From NCBI GenBank assembly GCA_044892525.1, contig CM097885.1, forward strand, positions 189,534,001-189,598,000: 64,000 nt of DNA. Direction: 5' to 3'. Positions 38,282 through 51,760 of this stretch are shown one piece after another. Position 1 is the stretch's first letter. The number at the start of each line of letters is the position of its first letter. Below the pieces are notes generated by a model. That model did no database searches, was not told where the DNA came from, and worked only from the letters and a program-made list of their open reading frames with translations. This stretch comes from Schmidtea polychroa. Lineage: Eukaryota. The position numbers and the translations under genes are program-made.

Positions 38282-41200
38282 TTAATGAGAATTAAAAAAT
38301 TTTTTTTTAATTATTTCTTTTTTTATTTAAATTTTTCCGGTTCTTTTTCTTAAATTCTGCACTTTTTGTCATACCTCCTAAAAACGAGCAATAACAATCT
38401 TAATAAATTTGGTTATGGTTCTTCTTGTCCAATACGACCAATAATCATTCTTAATTTGTTATATTATTAATAATTAATTTTATTTAATATTCTTTTATGT
38501 TCGACTTAACAGATTTTCCAAATGCGTTGTTTCTCTCTTAACTATGTTGTGATTGCAACTTCTTGCGTTTTTCAATTTTATTATACGTGTTTTATTTATT
38601 CTCAACTTGTTGTGTACTTTAATTTGTATTATTTGATGCATAATCATAGATTTTGTGAGATTTTCATGCTATGTATTTTCGACTCATTTAAACAAGCTCT
38701 CAATTCTTTGGTTCTAGCCTAACAAGATGTAAAAAAAATTAAGAATTTAACTGATAATTTTTTGAAAAAAATATTTTGTCCCTAAGTCTATTAATTTATT
38801 TTATATTACATCTACTACACAAATTTCTTTTTTAGCAGCTTTTCATTAATATTTATAATTTTATTTATAATTTTATTTATAATTTTACAATTAAAATGTA
38901 AAAGTTACTTGTTTAAAAGTAATTCCTCTTGGATTATTATATCATTATTATTATATTTATGTAACTAGTATCACATTATTCTAGATAAAGATAAATATGA
39001 ATTACAGAGTTTTTATAAATCTTTTTAATCAAGCTTTAAATATTCGTTACTTTTAATAAGCAGTTTGTTTAAATTTTGCAGGATATTCAATTTGGTTTCA
39101 ATATGGGAATAATAATCTAATCAATCTAATAGTAGCCATATTGACTGTAAATTGTGTAATCAAAATGAACGTTATTTACCCATTTTAGAATTTTTTGCCA
39201 TGATAAAAGAAATTCAATTAATTGTGTTTCTATGAAAGTAGTAAGTTTTTTATCTTATGACTCCGTATTAAAATATCCAATTTTATGTTGCTAATATATA
39301 ATTTTTTTTTAATTTGGTTTATATATTATTTAATATTGTATCTTAAAATGTTACTAACAAGTACAAAAATTATCATTAAAAGTTATTTTGGTTTTTCTCG
39401 TTAAAGTTCGTTATCAAAATTATAATCGTTGGAGCATTTTGTGACGATAGAGAGATTTATTAAATATAAATAACTCATCTACATTTGGTGCAAGCAACAT
39501 ATTTGATGATATTTATAAAAATATTCTAAACAGAGCTATTGATCGTTTGGATCCACAATATCTCTTTAGTATTTCTGCATGGTTGTAAACGTAAAATGAT
39601 ATATTTACTTTCGAATTTGAAATGTTTTTTGCTTCGATTCTGATGTTTCATCGTCATTTTTATTTATGAAATGCTTGACAATAGTTTTACAGATATCACC
39701 ATTTTTTCATATTGTTTATTGTACATTATATAAAACCACAATTGATGTGTTTAACATTATATTGAATAAAATTTTATAGTACCACAGTAATATATTTATC
39801 GTTTTATGACTTTCATATTCACTTTTTTTGTTTGCCGATGACAATTTCTTTTATACTAAGATACTTCTCACTTGCCTGTACAAAACAAATGTATTTTGAA
39901 GCGATATATCCGTCACGTATGCTTTTGGTACTGTACTTTAATAGTGTAAGGGGGGTAGATTGTCCCTATGCAGAGTCTATATCCCGCATTCTTTGTATCG
40001 AATTATATTTATACATTTTAATAAGCACAGTTCAGTCATACCCCTCTTCCAATTAAATTCCGATTTTCTTAATAAAGTTCTAGTTTTATTTATTATTTCC
40101 GATAACAGTTTAAGTTCTAATTTATACTGAAATTATCCGTTTATCTTCCCAATTTAATTAAATTACCTCAACTATCGATAATAAAAACTACAACATTTCA
40201 CTGAACTCGTCTATTTAATCTATTTAATTCATTTGTTGCTTTGATCATAATTGCATATTAGGGTTATTTATCCACAATGTCCTTATTTTACTAGCTTATC
40301 ATACACCTTGAAGTTGTTTAATTCGTCCTTCGTCCACTTTTTACCATATTTCTTTTACCGTTTATCACATGCCTTTATTATGTTCACTATATACATACTC
40401 ATTTATCCTGGTAATCTCATTTGCCTATTGTGTTTATTCTTATTTGTTTTTCAATTACGACTAATAAATAGTTTTAATTTTTATTGATTTGCAGTTAAAT
40501 ATTAAGAACAGAAAATAAATAATAATTTCAAATTATACATCAAATATATTTATGATAACTAAATTTATGGCTTTAATTGTTGTATTAAAAATAGTTTTTA
40601 TGAAATAGGAAATGGTAGATTTTAAGGATAAGATTTAAATTAATAGAAAATTTCAATATATTAAATGAACTTATATATATTTATGTTCTGAACTTTCTTT
40701 ACCCGCAAGGTCATATAAGATTTTATCTACTAAATTCATAATAGGTTACAATATCTAAAAATTGAATTTAACAACAATCTTTGATCAACTTTAGTCTTTT
40801 ATCATTGGATTGTTCTAAACTTTCATCATCCTCAAGGGCATTCAACGTCTCAAGCCCCCTCCCTTTGGTACTTTCAACTATCCAATGAGCATTGGCGATA
40901 ATTTGCACAGGAAAAGGTGATCGGGCAACTTTAGTTACATAAAACATTGAAATTGTTTAAAACAGAAATGAAATCACGAAATGATCTCGAGGTATTAAAC
41001 AGGAGCAACGATCGTTCCTCTTTTCACCCGAGCCAAAATTTGACAAGGATAAAAATACTAATCACACCAAAATTAACATGGAATGTTCTGGAACCGTTCC
41101 AAATCCATCATGGACGTCAAATTAATGAAAAAAAATTTAAAAATAAAAACAAAAATTATGGCAAAAAAATTGCCATTAAAAATATCAAAATTGCGAAATA

Positions 41201-44200
41201 GAAAATTCTGGAATAAAAAGAATTCGAGTTTGTTTTAATGCATCAATACATACACGTGTACAAAATAGGTATATATACCGACACGTTTCGGTCACAAAAA
41301 ATCACTTTATGCAAAATTTTTGTCGACGAATTTTTTCGAGAAACCAATAGTAGGTTTTTTTTTGATTGATGTAATTCTACGTTACATATGTTAATCATTT
41401 ATGTAATTATTTTAATGTAAGCTATTTCTTAATTAAAATGTCCTCAAGATCTAATTTTTGTCTAATTAAGTACGACTGATCAGCGGCGTCTTAGTGCGTC
41501 TCTATTCAGTCCTGCATTTGATTATAATAATTTGTCTTATGAAGCACGCATACATGCATTATTATTATTTATAGAACTTTTGTTGTTCGGGTCAGCCGGA
41601 GGTCGAACTACTTCATGGTCCTGCCATGGAGTTGGGTCGAGGAAACCCTCCGCTTGACTCTTCTTATTTATTAAAGGTCAGCCGTAAATGGTTGACTTAA
41701 CATACAACATTAAGGTTTGTCGAAGTGGTCACAGTGGGGCCATGGAAGCAATATTCTTCCCGACTCAATGCACACAGTCAAACTCAACATTTAAAATCAG
41801 CCCAACAAAAATACCCTAAGGTTGATAAATTGAGTAGATCTCATACCTAACTTAATGACAATTTTGCAAGTTACATTCAATTTAGACGGTTAAAGTATCA
41901 ATTTCAAAGCATAATATTAGTTTCCAAGTAGAATCTTAACCACACTATATAACTTAAGTGGGGGTATAATCGAAAAGTTGACCGCTCATACAGTTTGAAA
42001 AGGCAAATGATGGAAATGCCCTACTCCCAAGACAGTTATACCCGTATGTTATTCTTAAAGATATGATGCGTAAAATGCACTGCCTCCAACCTATCAACTA
42101 TAATCATTTACTAAGTGGAAAATTATAATTTATACCACCCTATCAACTATAATCATTTACTAAGTGGAGAATTATAATTTATATAACCCTAATTACAATA
42201 TAAGATCACTTTCAAATTCCGAAATGTAATTCATCAACATATAGCTATAGAGTATTACTAAGTCCTCGAGTTGAAAATATAATTTATCAATCCATGATGG
42301 TAAACGATAAATATTTATCAGACGTAAAAGTATAATTTATAAATATTTAGTTTATCGTTTTAAGTCCGAAAAATAATTTACGAACCTCTAATTATAACGT
42401 ATAAATGGCTTTCCGATGTTAAAAACATAATCTATAATCTCGTAATCATATCATATGATCAATTTTAAATTCAGAAACAATTTATAACCATGTAAATATA
42501 AAGTATAATCGAGCGTTGATATAACTTATAAAATCCATAATTATAAATTCTAGTTATTTGCCTAACGTAGAAATATAAATTCTAAACCCAATGATTACAA
42601 AATAAATCCTTTTGAAGTTCGAAAATATAGTCATAGACATATAATTAAGAAACGTAACTGGTCTTCAAAGTTAAAAATAGCATTGATAAATTTGTAACTA
42701 TAGGCATAACCATGTATTACGGGAAAAATATAATTCATTTATAAGGTATCAGTAAACTTTGAGTTAAAATAAATTGTATAAGTCTACAACTATAATTATT
42801 ATCAAGTATAATCTAAAGTTACCTTTAGGATTATAACTTATACATAAATATAATCCATAATTCATAACCATATATTAAGTATACAATGTAACTTATAATT
42901 ATTCACTATAAAATACAAATAACTTTCGAGCTGAAAACCTAATTTAGAAGTGTAAAAAATATAACTTATTTATAAAGTTTACCGTTAGAATCATAACCTA
43001 TACATGAATATAATCTATAACTACATCGCGAGTAGAAATTGTAATTTATAATAGCTCACTATAAAATAAATTCCAAGCTAAAACCGTTCATAAGTGCAAG
43101 GAATATATTCTAGTCATATAGCACAATTAAGTTGACAGGTTAAGATTATAATTTATAAAATTATAACTATAAAATATAACGATGTATTAAGTATAAATAC
43201 AATGGGTAATTTTCCCACTATAACGTACGAGCAAAAATTCGAGTTAAACATAACTTAGATATGACTAAATTGCAATTATTTTCAAGTTCGGATACCTAAT
43301 TAAATAATTTTAAGTTGGAATATAATTTATAGCAGTATACCCACCATACTATAGTAGAACTACTCAATGTGATTTATAAGTGGAACTACCACGAACTCCC
43401 TAATATGCTAGTTTAACCTTGAGACACGTGCCCTATAGTCGTTATTAATCGTAAATGCCATCATTATGACCACTGTTGTTGCTTTTGACCTAGAAGGGTG
43501 AATTTTAAACTAAAACTCGAATTACAATATATCTTAAATTCACTTACCATAAGGAGATCTCTCTGTTCAATCATTTTTCGTATTAACCAGCATCGAAATC
43601 TTCTGAAATGTCGAGGAGCCAGTCACAGATAGGGCGATTATTCCTCTGGGATAGGGTTGATGGAGTAGATTTCTAAAAAACGAGAAGCAAAGTATAAAAA
43701 GCAGATCAGGCTATTATGAACAGCTTCGCTGACGAAGAGACATTGGATTGCGACTCAACGATGAGTCCCTCCGTCGACGAAGCCTTCCTTTGAAGCCAAT
43801 AGGGTTAATAAATAATTAGAAAATCTGAATTAGACATTTAAAATTTTTGAATAATTTTCTTTATTGTAAATAATTGATTAATGGTTTTGAACCATTAAAA
43901 CAATCGAATTTAATTCTTAATTCTAATCTTACGGAAAACCAAATTGACAGGTCGAACACTATAAGGAATATAGATAAACCCCAAACGAAAATACAATTTT
44001 GGATAATTTCCTTTTGGTTGGGTTGTTGGCTTGTTTGGAGGTTAAGTTCCTGAGTCACCACCGAGTTAGGTATCAACAGATTGCGCCTGTGATGAAATAA
44101 AGGTGATGTTAAAGTCCCTTAGGTGAGTTTCCTGGTTACGGATTGCTAATGGAAATTTAATCTTAAGCCTATAGTCTAGACATTTTTCACCGCATAATCA

Positions 44201-44232
44201 TCAACAGACTTTTATTTTGGGTAATCATAGAT

Positions 44233-44598
44233 ATGCCACAATCAAGCAGCCATAGTAAAGAGGAGGACCACAGGCAAATGATCACACGGCTCCGTACACG
44301 GTACGTCTGGCACCACATCCACCGGTGGAACCAGGGACGAGACCTGGATTGCACAAATCGAGTGATCCGGAAGGGCCCCGAAGTAGATGCCCCGGCGAGG
44401 GTGAAGGAGGAGCCGGAAAACGATCTTTTGCAAGAGGCCCGTGACCGAGCGGCCGTCGAGGTGGACGCAGCCCAGATGTGACTGAGAAAGCTCGACCTGC
44501 AAATCCGGGCAAACCGAGAAGGAAAGGCTTTGGAGGACCTGGAGGAGGCCGAGGCGACCTCGCGAAAAAGAGGGAGGCCTCGCAAGTACCCGGCCTAA
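44233..44598 (+). CDS. Repeat-family ORF1 with C-terminal AT-hook (one internal TGA at 44479-44481)
   Basis: RLRTRYVWHHIHRW matches RLRSRWIWYKIHDW at 53536-53823; in-frame RKRGRPRK at 44563-44586. Confidence 0.6.
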
Positions 44599-44863
44599 CT
44601 CATTCCCAATTCTAACCCACGATGGACATGTAGCCTGATTTATGTGATGATGAACCTCACTTGAATAAATTCCCTCTTTACTACATTAATAAATTTGATT
44701 TAATGATGAACTTTACTTCGAACCAATTGCCTTTTTAATAAATTATCGCAAAATGAGTTTATTTATCATAATGATAAAATGTCTTTATAATCAGTACTGA
44801 CCTTATTATATAATCGAACGAATCTCATGGCGTAATGACATAATCTAAGTATATTCCTTTCAG

Positions 44864-45222
44864 TGATCAAACTGTTTGAGAACCTACGGAAAGACCGAGA
44901 AGAAGCACAAAAACAGGCCGAGGATATGAGGAAGAAGGTGGCGCAGGTCCTCCAACTGCAAACCCAAGCGGCACAGGATCAGATGGAGATCCGGGCCATG
45001 AAGCTCCAACTCCGTGCGTTAGAAACCGAACGCAATGAACAAGTGGTTCACGGAGCCGCAATAAGTCAAATCCGGCCGTTGACCGTGGAGTTGGCAGCAA
45101 TGTACCCTCCGGCCGCGAAAGTCAAACCCAAAAGGAAGCGGCTGGGACGGAACATCCGGGAAAAATTGAAGAAAGCTAGATTGGCCGAGTATGAACGCCA
45201 AGAAAGGTTGACGTCCAAGTAA
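44864..45222 (+). CDS. Repeat-family ORF2, coiled-coil and basic tail, probably a spliced 3' exon
   Basis: IKLFENL...AQKQ matches IKLLEDM...AQQQ at 31311; both begin directly after an AG acceptor in the same phase. Confidence 0.55.
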
Positions 45223-47329
45223 TCTCCGCAATATGAACAGTTATTTAGGCTATACGCCTTGAATTTTCTTTTGTTATTGTTATGGGTAAATACATTTTCG
45301 TTAGAGTATTGTATGAGGTATGTTGTTTGCAAATATTGAGTGATTGAGAATGAGTGTGTTGAGATTTTGGGAAAACAATCTCGATAAGGGACCGAAAGAA
45401 ATCGGACACAAACCTTCTAACGGTAGTCCGTGAACCCATAGAGTACTCGACAATTATAGTGCCTCGATGCGCTCACTTTTAATCAACAGTACCAACGTTG
45501 ATTACTCAACGGGTACCAAGTGGAAAAACAATGTTGTATTCTGGGTTACGCTGGTAACAGCACTGAATAACAAACACCCGACCACCTGTAACCCACCAAT
45601 ATTATTGGTCAATTTTTTCACTATACACTATATCCAAAAGTAACCCAGAATGTGAAAAAGTTGTTGAACGGAATTTTTCCATTTGCACAAATTTTTTGTA
45701 CAAAAATTAGATCAAGTCTGTCAGATAAATCGTTGACTGCACTTTTTTTAAAAAATTTTATTACAATAAGTCTTGTAATAAGAAAAATGTAGAATTGTAA
45801 ACTTAAGAATCAATAAAAATTATACTCATCGATTTTCTTGCATTTTGATAAAAAACAGAAAAAAAGCTGTTAGCAGATGTTTTTTTGAAAGTTCTCTTTT
45901 TCAGAAACCCTAATTATTATTCGTTGTTAAGTTCGTATAAATAATTTGTTATTTGACACTGAGCTGAAATCGATACTGTCAATTATATTCACTACTCAAA
46001 CACATTATAAAAAATGAAATCATTATGGGTTTCGTAGTTAAGGTTCTTGGCGATGTTCTAATGGGGTTACTCAATGTTTTTCTCTCGCTACCTTATTTCC
46101 TCTCGTTCTGTGTACAATAATAATTCTCTTCTTCACGCCAGATGTATATTTTTTCTTTTTGATTATTCTTCTGGCTTTAATTTTATCCTAAACTCTAAGC
46201 TCTTCCAAAGTCTAATGATTAATAACACATTAATGAAATTAAATCGCAAAATAAACTGTTGATTGAGTGCATAAACCTTTGAAAGTACTCGGTTTCTTGT
46301 TCGACTTTTCTGGTATTCTTGAGTATAAAATCAACAAACATTCAACAAAATATAGATTTATTAATACCAAATATACAACACTAAAATATCGCATTGAACT
46401 CAAAAAATGTCAATAAATTACAATGAGTTATAGTACTATGTCGTATATGGAGAGGTCAGCTTTCAGTAACTTTATACGTCTTTCGTTTATTCGTTAATGC
46501 CTTAATGTTAATTTTTTGGGACAGGAGCAGTCATTTATTGATATATTTATTGCTTTGTTGAACGGATTGTCACTTGATAATGTCCAATCAAATGTGCTGT
46601 ATTCAGGGATTATTTTTTGGTTTTCCTAATTACATAAATTGTCTAGCGTGGGTTACACCAGATAACCAAAGCAGCGCCTCTGAATCCTCGGAATTATCAT
46701 TAAATTGCATCCTATCCAATTAATTTTTAAATCTTAATAACAATAATAATATTACTAATAATACCAATTTTGTTTATTTATTTAATTTATTCATATTTTC
46801 CAGCATGATATAGCCATTTCTATTTAATTTTAATATATGATTCTTTCTGAAAAAATCACCCTCATTTGACTGACTTTATATTAAGTTCATTTAAGAAGGT
46901 AGATACTAACTCTGTATACAACCCCATTCACCCATGATACACTGGATGGTCGGTAGGGTACAGAAGGGTAACAATGTTCAGGTCAAAGTGAACTATTTAT
47001 TCTCGTATAAAAAAGTCTACCGTAAAGTTCTGAATATAGTACCCCCCCCCCATAGAGTACCCCGGGACACTAATAGCAACATTTTTCCAAATACAGTGTA
47101 CAGTAATTGGATTTTTTATTTTTTGGAAATTATTTTCGAACTTCATATTGGATTTATATTTCATGCTAGTTTTATTCTAACTACTACTAAAACCATTATG
47201 CAAATGGTGTGAAACTTTATCTATTAATATATCCATTTATATTTGTTAAACATCATTTTGACAAGTATAAATATAGACAAGGAGGCCGAAAATATAAACG
47301 ATTTTTGAACAAATTCTCATTTGACAACT

Positions 47330-48350
47330 GTTAGGGATATTTAAATAACTGCCAACTACCAAGAAACTGCTCCTAATATCTTTTTACAGATATATTCAAT
47401 TCATGCTCCTGTAGGTGGTAACGAAAATTCTAGAATACTACCATTGGTATATTTTGTTATGTCCCGTAAATCAGAAGAAGCCTACAAAAGAGCCTTTGAA
47501 GATTTATATTCAATATTCGATTAACTCCACAATTTATAATCACTGATTTTGAAAAGGCAGCTATTAATGCAGCATTAGCAGAATTTCCAGGTGCAATAAA
47601 TAAAGGATGCTTTTTTCACTTGTGCTAAAATATTTGGCGAAAAATACAAAATAGTGGCTTAGCAACATTGTACGGAGACGACAAGAACTTTGGCCTTTTA
47701 ATGAAACACACTGGGGCACTTGCTTTTTTACCAAGTTCTAAGATTATCGAGGCATTCGAAAGCGTTAAGAGTATCTTACCCGATAATGCTGCTGAGGTGG
47801 TTTCATGGTTTGATGAAAATTATGTGAATGACCGTGTAAGACGCATTTACAGAAATGGTAGAGAAGCACGTGTTCCACCCCTTTTCCCACCAGAAATGTG
47901 GTCAGTTTTCCAGAATAATAACATGGGCTTCCCTCGAACCCAAAATAAAGTAGAGATATGGCACAGGAGATGGTAGTTATTAGTTGGAAGAAATCATCCT
48001 GGAGTATTTCACTTAATTAAAGAGTTGAAGAACAGGAGCATGTCGAAGCAGAAATGGAAATTATTCTACGTGGTGAGTCCCGTCCTAAACGCAAGAAGCA
48101 GTACGTTGACAGATGAACGGTTTGCACATATTTTAAATGACCGACACAATCGTTCTGTGATTGATTTCCTTCGTGGAATAGCTCACAATTTAAATTATTG
48201 ATCGAACTAACAATTCAATATTGTTTTTAATATTGTTAAAATTTTTAGTTAATTTATTTTTTATTATTTGTAAATTTAAATTTATAAAATTATTTTTCTG
48301 CGTTTTGTCCATGTCGGCCTTTTTTCCATGTCTGCCTTTTGTTCGTATAC
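47330..48350 (+). pseudogene. MULE (Mutator-like) transposase remnant with terminal repeats
   Basis: LPLVYFVMSRKSEEAY, IITDFEKAAINA, KGCFFHLC, PLFPPEMWS, RTQNKVEIWH; short repeated motifs at 48300-48350. Confidence 0.9.
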
Positions 48351-48759
48351 GGATATTTATACATTTAAAAAATTTAAAATAAAGAAACCTTAATACATCA
48401 AATTATTACACATAAATGGCAAAACTAGATAAATTTGACAAAAATTTACTTTAAAATTCATATATCTGTATATTAAATAATTTCAAAAGAATTTATCACT
48501 TTTATTATATTTATAAATTCGGGAAAATTTTACTTTTAAAATTCATTTAATTCAAATTTGTATAAAAATTTTAAAATTTTGTCAGATGTCGATTTTTAAA
48601 AATATTTAAATACATTCATTTTTAAAATCTATTACTTTCATTTATTTTAGATAAAATTTATTTAAAATTATTACCATTTTACAATTATTACTTAAATTTC
48701 TCATAAGACATCGAGAAAAATATTTAGGCTTTTTAACAAGAATAATTACCGTAATGTTC

Positions 48760-49565
48760 TGAATATAATATCCGGGTACTCTAATTGGAAAATGGCAATA
48801 TTCTATAAAAATAATAAATCCAATTAGTATACCCGGGTATATATATAAGTTGTAGATAATAGGCAAATAGTCTATACAATTAGATGGATATATTTGCTAT
48901 GGATTTATATGAAGAAATTAAGTTTTTTATAAATATCGTGCCTGAAAATAAAACTGATTTAGAATTATTAAAATATATTAAAAATAACTTGTCGGCAATT
49001 TATCCGAATTTAATTAAAAGTCTGCAAATATTGTTGACGACGCCTGTTACCGTAGCTTATGTTGAGGGATCATTTTCAAAGCTGAAAATCATAAAAAAAT
49101 TATCTACGTTCAACAATTAGTCAGGATGTTTACTTCATTATCAAATTTGTTAATCGAAAAAGAAATTGCAAGAGAAATAAATTACGATGATATAATTGAA
49201 GAATTCAGTACAAAGAGCTCGAAAAATAAAATAGATTTATTTATACATTCTATGTATAAATATATGTATAAATCAATAGTATATACTAATGATTTCCAAT
49301 TTTTCAAAGTTATAATTGCATTGCAGTTTTCAAAATACTGATAGAAAATTGTGATATATGTATATTTTTATTGAAGTTATGGAAGTTGGTAAATAACTTA
49401 TTGAAATATCTTATATATGCAACGATGTGATGTCAATCATATTGTATATTACTAATTTATTACAGCAGATTCCAATCAATTAGGTTGAAAAAAAGCAAAT
49501 CAAATTAATAAAAATAGCCCCGCGGTTAACCTCGCACATGGCCCCGCAAATGTTCAAGCCGTCGT
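48760..49565 (+). pseudogene. hAT (ZMYM1-like) transposase C-terminal remnant
   Basis: YPNL..SLQILLTTPVTVAYVEGSFSKLK dimerisation motif; ggccccgc-rich terminal region before the gap. Confidence 0.8.
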
Positions 49566-50479
49566 TGATTACTGTATTATTAATAAGATTATATTTTTTA
49601 TTAATTCTCTTTAAAAGCCTCCTTTTTGATGTGAATTGATTTNNNNNNNNNNNNNNNNNNNNNNNNNNNNNNNNNNNNNNNNNNNNNNNNNNNNNNNNNN
49701 NNNNNNNNNNNNNNNNNNNNNNNNNNNNNNNNNNNNNNNNNNNNNNNNNNNNNNNNNNNNNNNNNNNNNNNNNNNNNNNNNNNNNNNNATTTGGGCTACA
49801 TAAAAAAGCTGACGCCGAAAAATCTATAATCATACTAGGTCATTGTTAATATATGGCATGAATCGCTGTGGCCGATTGACGACACACTGTATATTCGATA
49901 TAAACGACCTGTTAATTTAACAAATAATTTATCATAATTAAAATATAAAAATAATCCATAAAAAGTGTATATTTAAGTCTATATTCTCTTTATTATAGAA
50001 TATTATCAGTAATTTATTAATATTTAGTTCATTTTTTTAATTAAAGACCCTATAAAAATGAAATAAATATTTAATAATAAGTTTAGAATATTTTATCATA
50101 GAAATTATTACAAGTTGGTAGTTGCAATTATAGATATATAAAAATATTATAATTAATATTATCAAAATTTTCATATATTTTATCATAAAAATTATTTTTA
50201 TCCCCTACAGACGAAAACGTAAACTCGCTCAATACCTCTCGGATTATGAACTTCAGTGACTACCTCCACCGTCATTGTCGCCTTTATCTTTCGATACGAT
50301 CCACGTAATTCGGCGGGCATTATTGTAGTGCCTCTAACTTCCATATTAATAAAAATATCAATTTAAACTTAAAATATATTATTAAATTAATTGTAACTAA
50401 ATCAAATTAAAATCATTGTTTAAATAATCTTTTCTTTTAAAAAAAACAAACGATATAAAACAATTCATGAATCATTTGA

Positions 50480-51760
50480 CATCTCAAGCGTTAACTCTCA
50501 TCAGAACCAATAAAAAAATATGCCAAACATTCAAGAAGCAGAAGCCTTTGTTTTCTTAGCTGTGATCTCTGTTCAATCCAATAAATTTACCTTAGAATAC
50601 TAATTTTAATTCTAACGATTCTCCTGATAAAGTTCATTACGAGAACCCGACTGACCCATCCATCTTCTAATTAACAAAGTTATTCCAGATAAAGATTCGA
50701 ATACTTTCACATCGTACGATACTGGTGTCTACATGCCAAAATAAAAGATCATCAACAATCTCAGAACAATCGCCAAATCAAGTATCCGTGCTTTCGTTGG
50801 AGCATTGACTGCTGGAGCAAATATTTCCAAGATTTCTTTTAGTGTGGTTTACCATAAAATCTTCAAATTAGTTTTATGTCTCTATAACTATTATCATCAT
50901 TTTTAACCCAGATAAACTTACTGTCCTTTTAAAAGGACAGTAGGTAATTGGTTACAAATTAAAATATTTTATCATATGAGAACATTATTTTTGATACAAT
51001 CGCGACACTATATATGGTATGGTAATAACAATGCATATTCTTTTATTAGTTGCCATTGGGCTTTTGTATCGATAGCACATTTGTAAAAATATTATGAAAT
51101 ATAAGAAAAAAAGTTTCAGGAATAACTGGGTTAAAATCATTAACGTAAAAATGAATTATAAAATAAATAAATACTTACATTTATCATAATATAATTCAAC
51201 ATTTTCGTCCAGGAACATCAATAATAATAACTAGTATACATAACAGGGAGCTGGAATTTCAAAGTTTTTATTTGAAGTTATAATTGGATTCATTTCCTAA
51301 AATAACTTAAATAAATATAAATAAAAATTAATAAATAGGTCTTCATATGAAACCATTCACCAATATAATTCACTATTAAGTTTAATAATAATATAAATTT
51401 ACCATTTTGTTCCATTGTTTGTTCCATTAAAGCATTTACAGCACGGGATTATGAATTATAATAATAGTTGTAATAAAATAAAAATCTTACCATCTCCCAA
51501 CCAAAGGTTTCCAATCAAACTCCAATAATTTCCCATGGGTTGTATTATAATGGTAATTATAATGATACACGTTTAAATATACAACTTAACATGTAAACAA
51601 TAATTCGAAAAGACCTGTAACAAATATTGTGCCTTGTGTTCCTTTTAAAATTATTAAAATTGAACAAATCGTTTGTTGCAGTGGAGACAGCCCTGGCTGA
51701 TCAATGGTGAATTATGGTTTCCTTTAAACTATTAAAACAAATCACAAAATTAAACTTCAT
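50480..51760 (-). pseudogene. Possible degraded multi-exon gene of unknown identity
   Basis: Exon-like blocks ending at gtaag/gtaaa donors; protein-like text (HGKLLEFDWKPLVGRW; NAPTKARILDLAIVLRLL; RRWMGQSGSRNELYQEN) with internal stops. Confidence 0.35.

Larger units (their letters stand above)
41070..45602 (+). repeat. Copy B (longest, ~4.5 kb) of the dispersed small-ORF / structured-end repeat family; possibly a large solo LTR
   Basis: 5' block 41070-41340 matches the reverse complement of ~56200-56465. Contains a TATAA-rich tract (42100-43400), ORF1 (44233-44598, internal TGA), ORF2 exon (44864-45222) and a structured 3' end shared with copy A. Confidence 0.75.

Noticed and set aside
50190-50340. 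GC-richer patch with basic peptide RRKRKLAQY, possibly another family copy
   Set aside because: No clear nucleotide match to copies A-D by eye.
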